Shown here piece after piece: positions 23,191 through 36,184 of a stretch of DNA of 64,000 nt. Each line of letters opens with the position of its first letter. Positions within the stretch are counted from its first letter, which is position 1. The stretch is taken from contig NW_024704743.1 of NCBI RefSeq assembly GCF_018977255.1, forward strand, positions 88,786,001 to 88,850,000. Reading direction: 5' to 3'. The translations under genes and the position numbers were made by a program. Below the pieces are notes generated by a model. The model was not told the origin of the DNA. It saw only the letters and a list, made by a program, of their open reading frames with translations, and did not search any database. This DNA comes from Callorhinchus milii. Lineage: Eukaryota.

Positions 23191-23848
23191 CATAAGACCA
23201 TAAGACATAGGAGCAGGAGTAGGCCATTCGGCCACTCAAGCCTGCACTGCCATTTAATAAATTCATGGCTGATCTTCTAACCTAATTCCATTTACCTGCC
23301 TTATCCCCATATCCCTTAATCCCTCTATCCTTCAGAAATCTATCAACCTCAGTCTTGAAAAAGGCTGACCCTTAATCCTGAGACTGTGACCCCTAGTTTT
23401 AGATTCTCCAACCAGGGGAAACAGTCTCATCACATCTACCCTGTCAAGACCCTAAAGAATCTTATAGGTTCTATAAGATTACCTCTAGTTCTTCTATATT
23501 CTGGAGAATATAAGCCTAGTTTACTCAACCTATCCTCATAGGTTAACCCCCTCATCCCAGAAACCAACCTAGTGAATGTACGCTGCACCCTCTCTAAGGC
23601 GAGTATGTCCTCTCTTAACTAAGGAGACAAAACTGCACACAATATTCTAGGTGCGGTTTCACCAACGCCTTATACAACTGCAGCAAGACTTCCCTACTCT
23701 TGTACTCTAACCCTTTTGCATCGAATGCATTAAGTTTTCCTAGTTGCTTGCTGTACCTGCATACTAACTTTTTGGGACTGGTGTACAAGGATACCCAAAT
23801 CCCTCTGAACACTAACACTACCTAGTCTCTCCCCCTCCAGAAAATAAT
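23191..23848 (-). mobile_element. CR1 3' portion
   Basis: [25 protein letters not shown] and VQRDLGILVHQSQKVSMQVQQA; similar to 63372-64000. Confidence 0.9.
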
Positions 23849-23849
23849 C

Positions 23850-24160
23850 CGCGGGGAGTCCCCCTCCCGTCACTCTACCATCTTTAGCCAAGCTTTCAGT
23901 CAAACAATAATATCCTCCAGAACTCCGTAGCTGTATCCTGTGCCTCACCCCACTCTGTCTTTAAACTCCACCTTAAAACCTACCTTGGAACATCCTCCCG
24001 ACATTAAAGGAGCTTTAAAAATTTAATTTTGTATTGTATTGTACCTCTTGGACCACACCTATGGATATCCCCCAATTCTCCCTTGCTCGGGGTTCAACCT
24101 CACCACTGTGGACATCCTTCGATGTGAAAAGCGCTAAATAAATGCAATTTGTTGTTGTTG
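23850..24160 (+). mobile_element. Two tandem L2 3' fragments, (TTGTA)n-tailed then (TTG)n-tailed
   Basis: tttaaactccaccttaaaacctacc..ggaacatcctcccgac..ttgtattgtattgta; ggacatccttcgatgtgaaaagcgc..ttgttgttg. Confidence 0.75.
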
Positions 24161-24483
24161 TGGAAGCAATCTAAGATGTTATTCTAACTGAAGGGCACTA
24201 ACAACAACAAGTTGTTGTTCTGGGGTCACGCATGGGCATTTGGATGAGTTAGAGGAGGGTTGATGGACCTTTGTCAAACTGGACCTCAAAGGCAATGGGT
24301 TCAAAGATTATCGAGATTTATTAGAGTGCAATCTGGGCCATTGACAAGTAACCATGATAATTGACTTCAATGAACATTTGTTAAAAAGTTGGAGGTCAGG
24401 TGAAGATTGAATTTGCAGATAATTGACAGAGCTGAGCTCGGTGACAGTGCACTGAAATACAGATGTATAATCCACTGTCTGCA

Positions 24484-24819
24484 ATAATAATAATAATAAT
24501 ATTAACAATAATAATAATCCTTACATTTGATATAGTGCTTTTCATGTCTTCTGGAGGTCTCAAAGTGCTGCACAGAATAGACTGTAAAATAAATTGACTG
24601 TATATTTGTGACGAAATGCGGCAGCCATTTGCGTACAGCAGTGTCCTACAAATAGTCGTGGATTGAAGTGACCAATTTATTATTGTTTTATTTTCTTGAA
24701 GGATTATTATCAGGCGTGTGGAGTAAGGAAACTTGCCCAAGGTTTCGCCCTGCCGGGAATTGAGCCCAGGTCTCTTGCTTGCAAAGCGAGTGCTCTAACA
24801 ATTGAGCTACAAAACTCCA
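24484..24819 (-). mobile_element. Composite SINE, short subfamily
   Basis: Full-length match to the 14105 copy. Confidence 0.9.
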
Positions 24820-25562
24820 TGCTGCTGCTGGTTCTCCCACTGGAACTATTGTATCTGCTCTAGTTTCATCCCACTGCTTTTTTGCTGTACCCATTTTAGT
24901 ATTACTTTTCTTCACATTTTCCAAAGCTCTTTAAGAATTCCACAATTGAGAGAGTTATTAAAAGCTGATTACGTAAGTGTAAGTGAGGAGAATAAAGAGT
25001 TGTAACTTGGATGTGAGCATTAAAATCAGTGAATAATGTTTTCTTTCTGATGAAAATCATGAGTATAGTGACCATTGCTGATCAATCCAAGTGTCCCTGG
25101 AAGAGATGCAGGAGGAAGAGGAGGAGATCTGGGGCACAGAGACTGTGGCACCATGTTCTACACCAGGTAGTGAATCATCCACAATACAGTCAAGCTCATT
25201 GAGCAAGCCAGAGAAGAAGTGGCTGAAGAGGCATGGACTCATCAAGCACGCATTTGCCCTCAAAACAATCACTGCACTATATAGTAAACCTTGTGACGTG
25301 CTCTGGGCCATTCTTCTGACATGAAAGGCAAATGTATTATTATTATTATGATTATTAAGCTGTGAAAGAGGTGTGTGCAGTACCAGCCAAGCACTGATGT
25401 GTTATCTTCATTGGTTGAAAGATTTGTTGAACAGCTGTTGCTCATTTTCTTTCATGAAAAAGGTGATAGTGTGCTCATGGTAGCAATCTAAAGCCACTGG
25501 AACTTTTTATACAAACACTATCTCCTTCATTTACTATATAAGCTGCTTAGAAAAGAATTATA

Positions 25563-25697
25563 AGGCAAAATACTCCAGTTGTTGGAAATATGAAATAAAA
25601 ACAGAAGTCATTGGGAACACTCAGCAGCTCAGGCAGTATCTATGGAGAGAGGAAAGTGAATTAACGTTTCAGGTTGATGACCTTTTGTCAGAATTGA
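25563..25697 (-). mobile_element. Penelope-like terminal repeat remnant with degenerate hammerhead motif
   Basis: Aligns with 57320-57439; minus strand reads aatt-CTGACAA-a-aggtc-atc-aacct-GAAACGTT-aatt. Confidence 0.65.
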
Positions 25698-26107
25698 AAA
25701 TGCATGCGATTGTGTCAGTATGTGGTGTGCGCGAGTCCAATGCTGGCAACTCAACATCGGATATTAGAATAAGTCTGTGGGTGGTATCTTCAAACAATGA
25801 ATCCCTGTCAGGCTGAATCATTGAGGTAGGCACAATGCCATGCCAGCAAGAAGGAACAACCAACAGAGCAAAGGTGGTGATAGGGGATGGAAATTACAGT
25901 TGATGATTGTAACACTGTTTACATTAAAACAAATTATTCACCCATATTTACTTGTTATTTCCTTGTTTCGATTTAAATAGTTCACATTCTATTGTTCACA
26001 GAATGCAAATTGCAATTTATACTGTCACATAAGCCTTTTCATTGGTTCTTAATTAGTTTTTAATTAATTACAGGGCACCAGTAAAACCCTCTATACACAT
26101 GGGTTTC

Positions 26108-26285
26108 ATAATAATTCTTGCTTTTGGCATAGTGCTTTTCATGTTAGGGATGTCTCACAGTACTTCTACGAATTTACTGTAAATTGTTTTTTTTTGTAAA
26201 ATTCAGTGACTATTTTTTTGTAGGCAAAGGCAGCAGACAATTTGCACACAGCAATATTGGACAAACAGCTGTGAAGTGAATGAAG
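26108..26285 (-). mobile_element. Deu-type SINE 3' part
   Basis: atagtgcttttcatgttagggatgtctc..caatttgcacacagcaat..acaaacagc. Confidence 0.65.
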
Positions 26286-26424
26286 GTTTGTAGAGGTTTG
26301 GTGTAAACAATACATTTTACCTGTGGTATCTGCACGCAGATTTCCAGCTAGATTTAGTAAGAGAAATTCTGCCCTTTGGGTTAGAAGGCTGTAGGTTCAA
26401 GCGCCATGTTGAAACTTAACCTTG

Positions 26425-26560
26425 TTGTCTCAAAACCCTCCTCTTTGACCTCGCCTTCGGCCACCCTCCCAGGTCGAGTCGAAATCCCTGACTGTCCAGT
26501 ACCTTGGAACGTCCTCCCGATGTGAAAGCGCAATACAAATGTTATTTTGTATTGTATTGT
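26425..26560 (+). mobile_element. L2 3' end with (TTGTA)n tail
   Basis: ctcaaaaccctcctctttgacc..ggaacgtcctcccgatgtgaaagcgc..ttgtattgtattg. Confidence 0.8.
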
Positions 26561-28044
26561 GATCTGAAATTTTAAGACTATTTAACAGTATTGTTTTAAA
26601 CCTAAGAACATGAGTAATCTCAGGTCCTCTTCAGGTAAGATAAATATGCACAGAACCCATCAGCTGTCAACATAACATAAGGATACTAAGACAAATAAGA
26701 ACTGCACTTAACCAGACTTGGTTGGTACTAAGTGCATTGACACAATTCAGCATGGAGAGTTAAAAAGAACTTGTTGAAATATCGCCATGACATATATTTT
26801 AGATGATGGACAGCTAGGAGGATGTACCATACATGAAACATCTGACCATTAATTGAACAGCAGCTTAGAATTCTGCTCATTCTTATTGGAATACTTTTTA
26901 TAATTACTTCAATATAAAGCTTTATTTCTTTCATAAATTATAAAGTTTCATTATCAAGTTATTAAAATCATTCATGAAGCCTCATTAGTCCTAAAAATTT
27001 CATCCAGTCTATAGCACATCATTACCATTAAAATGATGCCCCTCATAACATAATTATGCATTATATTTTGCATCAAGAAATAATATTGTCATGTTATGCG
27101 TTAAAACTGCACAAATATCATAACCAAACTAATCTGTACTGGGTTCACTGTTACAAATTGTTTGACATTCAGGAATGATAATTACCAAACCTACGATTTA
27201 AAGTTAAAACCGGAGAGAAATCAAGTGAATGAATGGGATGATTGGAAAATGAGCTCCACGCTTATTTAAAAAGTGATTAACCAAAATAATGTGCAAGTTT
27301 ATTAGTACTGGGAAAAGATGGGTTACATTTTGATTGCAAACAGCAATATGCTACTTAACAATCGGAACATGCAGATCAAAATAATAATAAATAACAATCC
27401 TTGCATTTGATATAGCGCCTGCAATGTCGGAAGCCCTTTATAGAATGTCTGCATTTTTAGGAGGATGCAGGAGCAATTTACACATTGCAATGGCCTATAA
27501 ATAGCCATGAAGTGAATGACTAAATTTAGCGAACCCTTTAAGTGGAAAGAAATCACTCCTTGAATTAAATTTGTCCAATGGCTTATTGTTCCTTTCTTCT
27601 CTTATTGTAGTTTTCCACAAATCACTCTGATTAATTAAATCTCTAACCTTTTTAGTGTTGAGACATTTTGACATGAAAGGTCTATATCAGATACAATCAA
27701 TGTTATTTTTTAGATTCTTAAGTCTTTCTTCAATGTGTCCCACTGAAACTCAATGTAGCTACTCGAGTCCAAGGCATCCCAGAATCCAAGGCACAGGCAG
27801 TATTTAGAGGGTCTGAGAGAAAAAAAAAGTACCTTTACTGCAATTGTAAGGCAGCATGGATTCTAAGGAACTTTCTGATTTTTAAAGTATGTTTCATGCT
27901 AAAAAGCCGTGTCTTAGATTCCTGTAAGCACAGTATGCAATGTTCTGATACAAATTGTTGTGTGTGATCACTCATTAGTTAATTTAATCTTTAGATCTAT
28001 CACGTTTAATAGTATTTAAGACACTTAGATTGAAAAAGTGCCTA

Positions 28045-28337
28045 TCAGGAAAATTGTAGTACAATTGATGCCTCAGGGACCGGAAAAAGCACCTTGTAAC
28101 GTAAACTGACTCACAATTTTGTTTTAGTCAGCCACAGGCGCAAACCCATCACCATGCTTGATGGTCCCCAAGCCAAACTATTGAGAGTTGCACTGCTTTG
28201 GACTTGTGAGTTCTCATCTCCCTCCCACAATCATCTTAGACCTTGAGGTCTTGTGAGTCAGCACGACGTATTGAGGTTTATGTTACAAGGTGCTCCTTTC
28301 CCATAGTGAGGCACCAGAGGCACTACCACTTTTCTGA
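28045..28337. repeat. Long imperfect inverted repeat (probable old MITE)
   Basis: Arms 28045-28116 and 28251-28337 share agcaccttgtaac(g/a)taaac, tgactcacaa and tgcctca. Confidence 0.7.
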
Positions 28338-28520
28338 GTATTTGAGTATGGAGATTTGACAATTAGAGTTCGGCAAGGTGAGTCGGTTTCATGCGGCACA
28401 GAAAATTATAGGTTGCAGGGCACAGTCCAGAGGAACATTACAAGTAAAAAATTCCACAAATGACAAGAGCAGCAAAATCTCTGCATCAATAGATTAAATA
28501 TTAATATTTCATTCCCAATG

Positions 28521-28829
28521 TAATAATAATAATCCTTGCATTTGATATAGCACTTTTCACGCTTCTAGACATCTCAAAGCACTTCACAGAATAGACTGTA
28601 AAGTGGGTTGACTATATTTGTGGGCAAGAAGCGGCAGCCAATTGCGCACAGCAGTGTCCCATAAACAGTCGTGGATTGAAGTGACCAATTTTTTTCTTAT
28701 TTTTTTTCTTGAGGGGTTATTATCAGGTGTGTGGAGTAAGGAAACTTGCCCAAGATTTCGCCCCGCCTAGAATCAAACCCAATTCTCTCGCTTGCGAGGC
28801 AAGCACTCTTACCACTGAGCTACAGGACT
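28521..28829 (-). mobile_element. Composite SINE, short subfamily
   Basis: Full-length match to the 14105 copy. Confidence 0.9.
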
Positions 28830-29029
28830 TATGTTAATGTACTTTGACATAAGAATACAATTAGATAATTAGGGCACCTATTCAATGCTAATTGACAGTC
28901 AAATAAGCAACAGTTTCCCTCATTATTATTGTCACATCTTATACAATCATCAAATTTACAATACAGAAATAGGCCTTTCGGTCCATCAGATCTTCGTTGG
29001 TGGTTTCCTCCACATCAGCTACCTACCTA

Positions 29030-29170
29030 GATGTCAGCTTGGATCAGATGGCAGCATTCTTGGCTGGGATTCAAGCCTTCATGAGCTCATTGTTCTGGGT
29101 GACACTCTAGTACGATGCTGATAGAGTGCCATGTACTTCAAGGTGTGATCTTTCGGATGAGACGTAAAAA
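29030..29170 (+). mobile_element. Deu SINE 5' fragment
   Basis: tgtcagcttggatcagatggcagcattct..ctttcggatgagacgtaaaa. Confidence 0.6.
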
Positions 29171-30079
29171 TGTGTGGTCAAAGGATAGATCTTAAGACAA
29201 GTTTCAAAAACATGAAATATATCCATTAGTTTAAAACTGCTTTTTCTATTCCTAATTTTTGCCTAGAAAAATAATAGTCATTGAGCTTTCCAAGGAATCA
29301 TGTGAAGTGCTTAGAGATGTTCTTCTGGCATGAAAGCCGTTACATTGAAAGCAAGGATTACTTGCTCTGTTTTATTTAATCCACTTGATTGGAGTTGCCA
29401 TTCAACAAGCCTTGTTCAGCATCTCTTAACTAAATGTCAATAAATGCTAAACCTTTTCTTTTCTGAGCTTTGCTATCAGAAACGTGGCTAGATTCCTTCT
29501 TATCCTGGCATCTGAACATCCTCTATGTATAAATCAACATTTTTTTACAAATTTCTTAAGAAGAAATAGGGAATTATGATATTTCTAAAACATAGAATGT
29601 ATATCAGCACCTTTTGGAGTGCAAATACATTTTTTTCTTAACAGATTCACTGTTGAACAAATGTGTTATGGAATTTGTTAACAAACATCGCAATTTTCAA
29701 TTTATTACTAAATATTAAGCTGTAGGTGTGAATTCCTCCCCTCAATTTTAGTACAATGGCTGTGATGAAAACTGAGTGTAGATTTTCATTGTCGCCAGTT
29801 TTGTTCCCAATGGCACAATGAATGTTGGTGCTGATGTCAGAGTGTAGATTTTAGCAACATTTTACAGAATACCAATTTAACTCAATATGAGGTTAGCACC
29901 ATGAAGTGGCACTGAAATAGTGCGCTCCACATTTGAGAATAGCAGTATCTATACTTTGCTGATGACTTCAACAACAGTAATGAAATATTTGTGCCCAACA
30001 ATTGTGTGGAAGTCAAAAAAGAATTTACCCTGCTAATAATTATCAGCTGGTTTGAATCCAGTTGATTTTTTACGTGAAA

Positions 30080-30425
30080 AACAACAAGAACAAAAAATTA
30101 TATTTGTATAGGCCCTTTCACATTGGGCAAATGCCTCAAGGCTCTGGACAGTTAGGGATTTGGACCCGAGCAGGGGGTTGGGATCAGGGGAGTGGAGAGG
30201 AAGATGGGTAGGGGTAGGAGGGGTGCCAAAAGCGCGATTGAAGAGGAGGGTCTTGAGATATGCCTTGAAGGAGGCAAGGGAGGGAGCGAGGCGAAGGGAC
30301 TGTGCAATGGAGTACCAAAGGGTGGGGGAAGAGATGTTGAAGGACTGATGGCCAATGGTGGGGTTGGCCGGGTGGGGGATGTGGAGCAGGTCGTAGCCTG
30401 AGCGGAGGGAGCGAACAGGTTGATG
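30080..30425 (-). mobile_element. L2 3' end
   Basis: Tail plus gaagaggagggtcttgagatatgccttgaaggaggc. Confidence 0.85.
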
Positions 30426-31024
30426 TAGGTATTATATAAATGCTCATATGTATAATGCCCATTTATATAAAACCCATTATATAAATGCTAGTTGTTGTTG
30501 AATTGCAATTCCCAATCCAGCAAAGACCGAAAAAAGCAGATGAGTAGTTTTACTTACTGGACATTTTCCTCACCAGCTTTCATTTGGACTTCGTAAATAC
30601 CAACTTAAATCCGCTTTGAAAATATTGCATTTTAAGGCCCTTTTGTCAACACTGCAATACTTTATCGGGTTTGCAATGGCTGCTTCCTTTTTTTTCTGCC
30701 TGGGGAAAAGCATTATTGCTTTAAAACATGTCCAGACTTTATTTTCCATATTATCTACACCATCTGCTTTAGAAAGTACTTTCATTTTGCATTCATGCCA
30801 CTTACCCTGGATACTACTTTGCACTCTACTGTGTGAAAAAGATAAACATAAACAATCTACAATTCCCCGCTGGCTTCACTCTTGCAATTTTTTGCGCAAG
30901 TATAATGAAGTGCTTTGAACTGTTGCACATCTCTTTCAATACACGTCGGTACTACTGGAGACATGCATGTTATGGTATGCAGGAAAACTCTGTGTAACCT
31001 GCTTACTTTATGATGTTAGATCTT

Positions 31025-31503
31025 ATTAGGAGGGTGGCCGAAGGCACGTTTGAAGGGTCTTGAGATGTGCCTTGAGGAAGGCAAGGGAGGGAGCAAGGCA
31101 AATGGACTATAAAATAGAGATCCAAAGGGTGGAGCAGAGAGGCTGAAGGCCCGACTGCCGATGGTGGGTTGGGCCGGGTGGGGGACATGAAGCAGGGCAG
31201 AGCCTGCTGAGCAGAGAGAGGAAACATGTTGATATGGGCTTAACAGATCACTTAGATAGTAAGGAACAAGGCCATCAAGGGCCTTGAAGGCAAGAACAAG
31301 GATTTTAAACTCTATCCTCTGGGGGATGGGAAGCCAGTGGAGCCGGGCGAGGGTGGGTGTGATCGGGTCACAGAGCCTGGTGCGGGAGAGGACACAAGCT
31401 GCAGAGTTTTGGATGACCTGTAGCTTGTGGTGGGCAGAGTTGGGCAGGCTGACAAGGAGGGAGTTGACATAGTCGAGCCTAGATGTGATAAATGCGTGGA
31501 TGC
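31025..31503 (-). mobile_element. L2 ORF2 C-terminal fragment
   Basis: HAFITSRLDYVNSLL..LQVIQNSAA..ITPTLARLHWLPIPQRIEFKIL. Confidence 0.9.
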
Positions 31504-32099
31504 CCATAAATGCGTAATTTCATCAATCTAGTTGGATCTTTGATGTCTTTTTATTCATAAGTTGCAATGAATACATTTTTATTCATACGTTTTGTACTTG
31601 CAATAACTTGTGGTGCTGATCACAATTAATGCATTAATCTAAATCACTGGAGAGAACGACATCAGAAAAACAAGCATAAACTGTCATTCTCTGTAATACT
31701 GACACATTAACCTTGAACAGCCAACATGTACATATTGTACTTTGTAAATTAAACTCTTTGTAAACTTTCACTCACTTGAATACCTAAAGTGTCTATATGC
31801 CATGTAACTTGATATGTACCATGATTTACATAGAAAGGTAAACTTGAAATGACAATAATCCTCACTTTATACAGTGCTTGTTTAATAGTTTTGTCCAATC
31901 AACCTTCAACATTTGGTTCTCGGGGCCTCAATACACTGTTGAACTATTTTGGAATCAAAATTCTGGACGCAGAATAAACCTACTTAGTTGCATATGTGGA
32001 GCTGTGTGCAATTCTTTATGTTACACTGGGAACATCTCAGCATTGGGCTGGAAAAGCGAAGGGCAACTAATCTGCTGATTTGAATAAGGCAGATGAGTT

Positions 32100-32350
32100 A
32101 TGAAGAGTGGAGACAGAAGATGGAAGTGTACACATTGGAGAAGAGAAGATCACGGAGATCTTAATGAAATACTCAAGATCCTCGAAGGTGTAAATAAACT
32201 GAATCCTAAGAATATGTTTAACACAAACTCTATCGGGGGTGGGGCGGGGAGCACCAAATCAAGCTCAGAAGAAAAAGATGAATGGACAGTTCAGATTTAA
32301 TTAGTTTACACAGAGATTAAAGAATATTTGAAATAGGCCTGGATTAAGCA
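32100..32350 (+). mobile_element. Decayed CR1 fragment
   Basis: RREDHGDLNEILKILEGVNKL, resembling RGDLIEVFKI. Confidence 0.55.
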
Positions 32351-33274
32351 GGTCATGTAGAGTAAGTATGGTATGTGGTATTCGACTTGGACTTGGACCT
32401 CCATGAAAGTAGCTGGCATGTCATAAGCTGTCCTGTACAGGTCTTCCACAGCATTAAGGCAGATAACTGATGAGCAAGCTGAGGGTTGGGTAGCTGCTGG
32501 AAGATGTTACCTTAAATTCAGTTTTGTAAACATATGTTCATATATCCAGGGCTTGGTATTCACCTTGACTGAAATGCAAAGAGTTAAGCAACTGCTTCTC
32601 AAGATCCATACTTCTCTTTCAACTTCCAATGCTTTGGAACCATCACTCAATAGGTAGGGATGTGTGTCTGAGCTGTGGGCAGGAGGAAGGTGGCAACACT
32701 CTCACAAATTTCAAACTGAGGTGTGCTGCTCATCAAGAAGCTCTCAGGGAGTCCTTATTTCTCCTGTTTATCTTGTGAGAGCTCAAACCTGCGCTTGTTA
32801 ATTGTCAAATGAATACTAGTGACAGACGTCCTCAGAAGGGAAAGTGGGCAGAGGCTCCTCCGGGCTGAGCAAGCTCAAGGGAATGTTGAAATTTGATCTG
32901 GGTCCCTTGTTCTTTACACTGTTTGTGCCATATTATAATATGTTGATTATACCAAGCTAATGTCGATAAGTGACAAGTATGATGGAGAGAACATAAAATA
33001 AAAGAAATCAGGACCAATTAGATAGATGAGCTCTGGAATGTCATGTGAATTTAGATAAACCGCAGTCACGATAAACACATGTACATGATGAAAGGAAAGC
33101 CATTCGTAAATCTAACAATGCCAAAAGGAATTGTATCTGTACATTAATTACTTACTGAATGTTTCCAGGCAATAATAAATCCACTGTCAACCAAGGTAAT
33201 TCTGGGGTTGTCAAGGGCATTTGACTATGTTAAATACCCTCAAGCTGCGTGTTAATAATCCACCAGAGTGGTAG

Positions 33275-33925
33275 ACGTGTGACACAAAGTGAAGCTGGGA
33301 AGCAACAAATTATTCCAGGAATTTGGAAAGGAAAGGGAGGTTGGAGATGAGGTGGTAATTGTAGAGCAGGGATGAGTTCAGGAAAGGTTTTTTGAGGATG
33401 AGATTCTGTGAATAGAGGGGCAAAGAGGTGGAGCTGGGAGGTAAGGAGAGGGGGAGGGATGGAGTTGAGGGAGCAGGTGGTGGGTTTCATATGCGTAAAA
33501 TGGTGATGAGAGAGGAGGGGGAGACAAGTTCGAAGGTGTGGAGGGAGGGATGCATAGAGGCTGGAGTGTGAGGGGGAGACACGGAAATGGGGAGTGGTAG
33601 CAGTTGAAAGGGCAGAGGTGGCTGAGTGGATCCCATCGATTTTGGTTTTGAGGAAGATCAGCATCTCCTCGCAGTTGGATTTGGAGGAGAGGATGGGCGA
33701 GGTGTTTTAATATTGTACAGCCAGATCTGCCAATCGACTGTTAAGTTAGATTTGAGCCAGATGCGTTCAGCAGCACATACCTGTGCCTTGAGGGAGCAGA
33801 GGTGGCTAGTATACCAGGGTGACTTGTGTGAGTAGGAGGCAGTTTGGGAGGTGAGGGGGCAAGGGCATCAAGAGCGGCAGAGAGGGAGTTGTGCAGGGCA
33901 GTGACCGAGGAGGATAAAAGGCACT
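33275..33925 (-). mobile_element. L2 ORF2 internal fragment (EN-RT linker to RT start)
   Basis: KPTTCSLNSIPPPLL; PWYTSHLCSLKAQ..AERIWLK; similar to 45050-45480. Confidence 0.75.
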
Positions 33926-33937
33926 TTGTCATTTTAA

Positions 33938-33969
33938 AATTCAGTCATTGTGGAATTCAGTCATTGTGG
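33938..33969. repeat. 16-bp tandem duplication (aattcagtcattgtgg x2) at the L2 boundary
   Basis: Direct repeat read from the sequence. Confidence 0.9.
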
Positions 33970-35114
33970 TAAGATATTTTTCCCCCGCAGTTAATATATT
34001 CGGATTAAAAGAAGATGATAAAAATCTGTTTCTGCACGTGCAGTTTTTTTTCCCCAAAAATTGTTTAAACAATAAAATGGAATTTTGTCTCTGCCAAGAG
34101 TTTGTAATATCAGGAGATTACTACAAAAATAAATCATATTGCTTAAGAGACAACCATCACAGTGAGTTGCTAATCTGGCAAAACTGCCTCGGCAAAGAAT
34201 GTGGCTGAAAGTACTGAGAGCATATTTGCATATAAATTAATGAGGAGTGCTGCGTGGCTCAACATGGAGCCATTCACATTTATAAAATTAGAGGTTTGTG
34301 AATGCAAATGTAATCTTGACTTGGTTAACATCAAATTCTATTCTGCAACAAAACATATCAAAAGCTTTTAAGCACAGTTATTCTTAAGAGGCGATGCTTT
34401 GCACTCTACTACCCTGCAGAACCACCTATTGCCATCCAGCCATTAAAGTGTCAATAACAGGCCTTATCTCAAGATTATCTGAACTGAACTGAAACTCCAA
34501 TGCCAGCAAGTACAAAGGAGATTGCAAATGGCTTTGGACCTAACCATTGTAACAGAGTTGGGGGAGAGGAGGAGGTAACATTCCTGTTATCAACTGTCTT
34601 GAATAATGTGATAATTATTATGCATGATAATTAACACATCACAAATCACAATTTTCCCTTCAAAGTCTTAAGACAGGTTTAATCTGATCAGTCAATATGG
34701 TGCAATATTATATATATTGATTCTATTATACTCCATTAAAAATACATTTTGGTGCCCAAGATATCTAAGTGTCAGAGAATACTATTGCTAAGGATTATAG
34801 TGCTGGAGAATGTAGATGCCATCTGGTATGGTAGGAGAAGCATTATATTTTATTCAGTCTATTTGTTTCCCAGCACTAGTTAGCCATCATGATTGCATGG
34901 TTGGTTAGTTGCTACTGTTTACATGGAAATAGAAATGTAGCATAAGTATTTTTCCCCCAGCTGCTTCCCCAAGGCTGGATGCTTTGCTTCCACATTGCAT
35001 CTCCTGCATTGAAAACTAACAAAACACATCCATCAAATAAGTTTGACTGACATGTGCTTTAGGACTCCAAAGCTTCTGGAAATTATGGTTTATGTGAGTT
35101 TGTTTTAGGTGAAA

Positions 35115-35510
35115 ATTAGCTAGGTTTATTTGGTAGAACTTTCACCTCTGAATTAGAAGGATGTGGGTTGAAGCACTTTGAACTCATAGTCTGGACTGAG
35201 ACTTTAACTTAATAATGGGGGATGTTGCATTGCCAGAGGTGCCTTCCTTCAGATGAAATGTTAAATCTATGTCCCTCTGTCTATTAAAGTTAACAGTAAA
35301 GATAACATCACACTATTTAAAAAGAGAAGGGTATTTCTCCTCGATCCTGGCCAACAATCCCCCAAATTAAATTGGTTATTCAAACATAGCTGTTTATGGA
35401 ACATTGTGTTGTACACATTGGGTGTCGTGTTCGCCCACAAAATACCATAGAATCTGGTGAGATTTTGAGGTGTCCTGTCAAAATGCAAGGTGCTATATCC
35501 AATCCAAGGT
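35115..35510 (+). mobile_element. Deu SINE
   Basis: ggtagaactttcacctctgaattagaaggatgtgggttgaagc; gaggtgccttccttcagatgaaatgttaaa. Confidence 0.7.
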
Positions 35511-36184
35511 TGTTTACTTTATATTTTTTTAACATGGCAGCCAATTTGCACACAACAATGTCCCACAAATATATCTAGTTATTGCCATCTTCTCAATATG
35601 CCATGTGAATTAACACTTATAGAAAATATCCAAAACAAATGTTCCCTTATATATCACTTTTTAAGTAGTAGAACATCTCAAAGCATTTTTCCCAGGTTTC
35701 TCCTTCAAGAGAAGGAGGCAACCGGCTGGTATCTGATTCTATGGCACTTGACAGTCTTCTCGTGCCTCATTCAAATAGGATTTTATTCTATAATCATGTA
35801 GGATCCTCTGACATCAGTGATTTGGTGCCGTAATCATGGGATGATTACACAATATTCTTCCCTAGCAACTGAGTCCTGAACGACAACTTGGACAGTCAAT
35901 CGATGATCACATGCTCGGGATGTGAGTTGGCCACTTAAATGAATTTGTATTACCATATAATATCAGGTAAAAATAAAAAAAGGTGACCATATTAGTGAGT
36001 TCACTACATCAATGGAGTGACGTTGAGGTGAATTTCCAATGTACTCACTGAACTTCAGTCATTCCAAATACCAAATTCCATACCAAATAACACTTGTAAG
36101 ATTTTGGTGCAATATTTCATCAGGGTAAGATAAGTGATAAAAATATAGATGTTAAGACAAAATGTCTATCCTTATATCATTATT

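Noticed and set aside
25091..25324. Acidic ORF MSLEEMQEEEEE..
   Set aside because: Ends in a SINE tail; KPEKKWLKRHGL only faintly resembles the LINE ORF2 linker; unsupported
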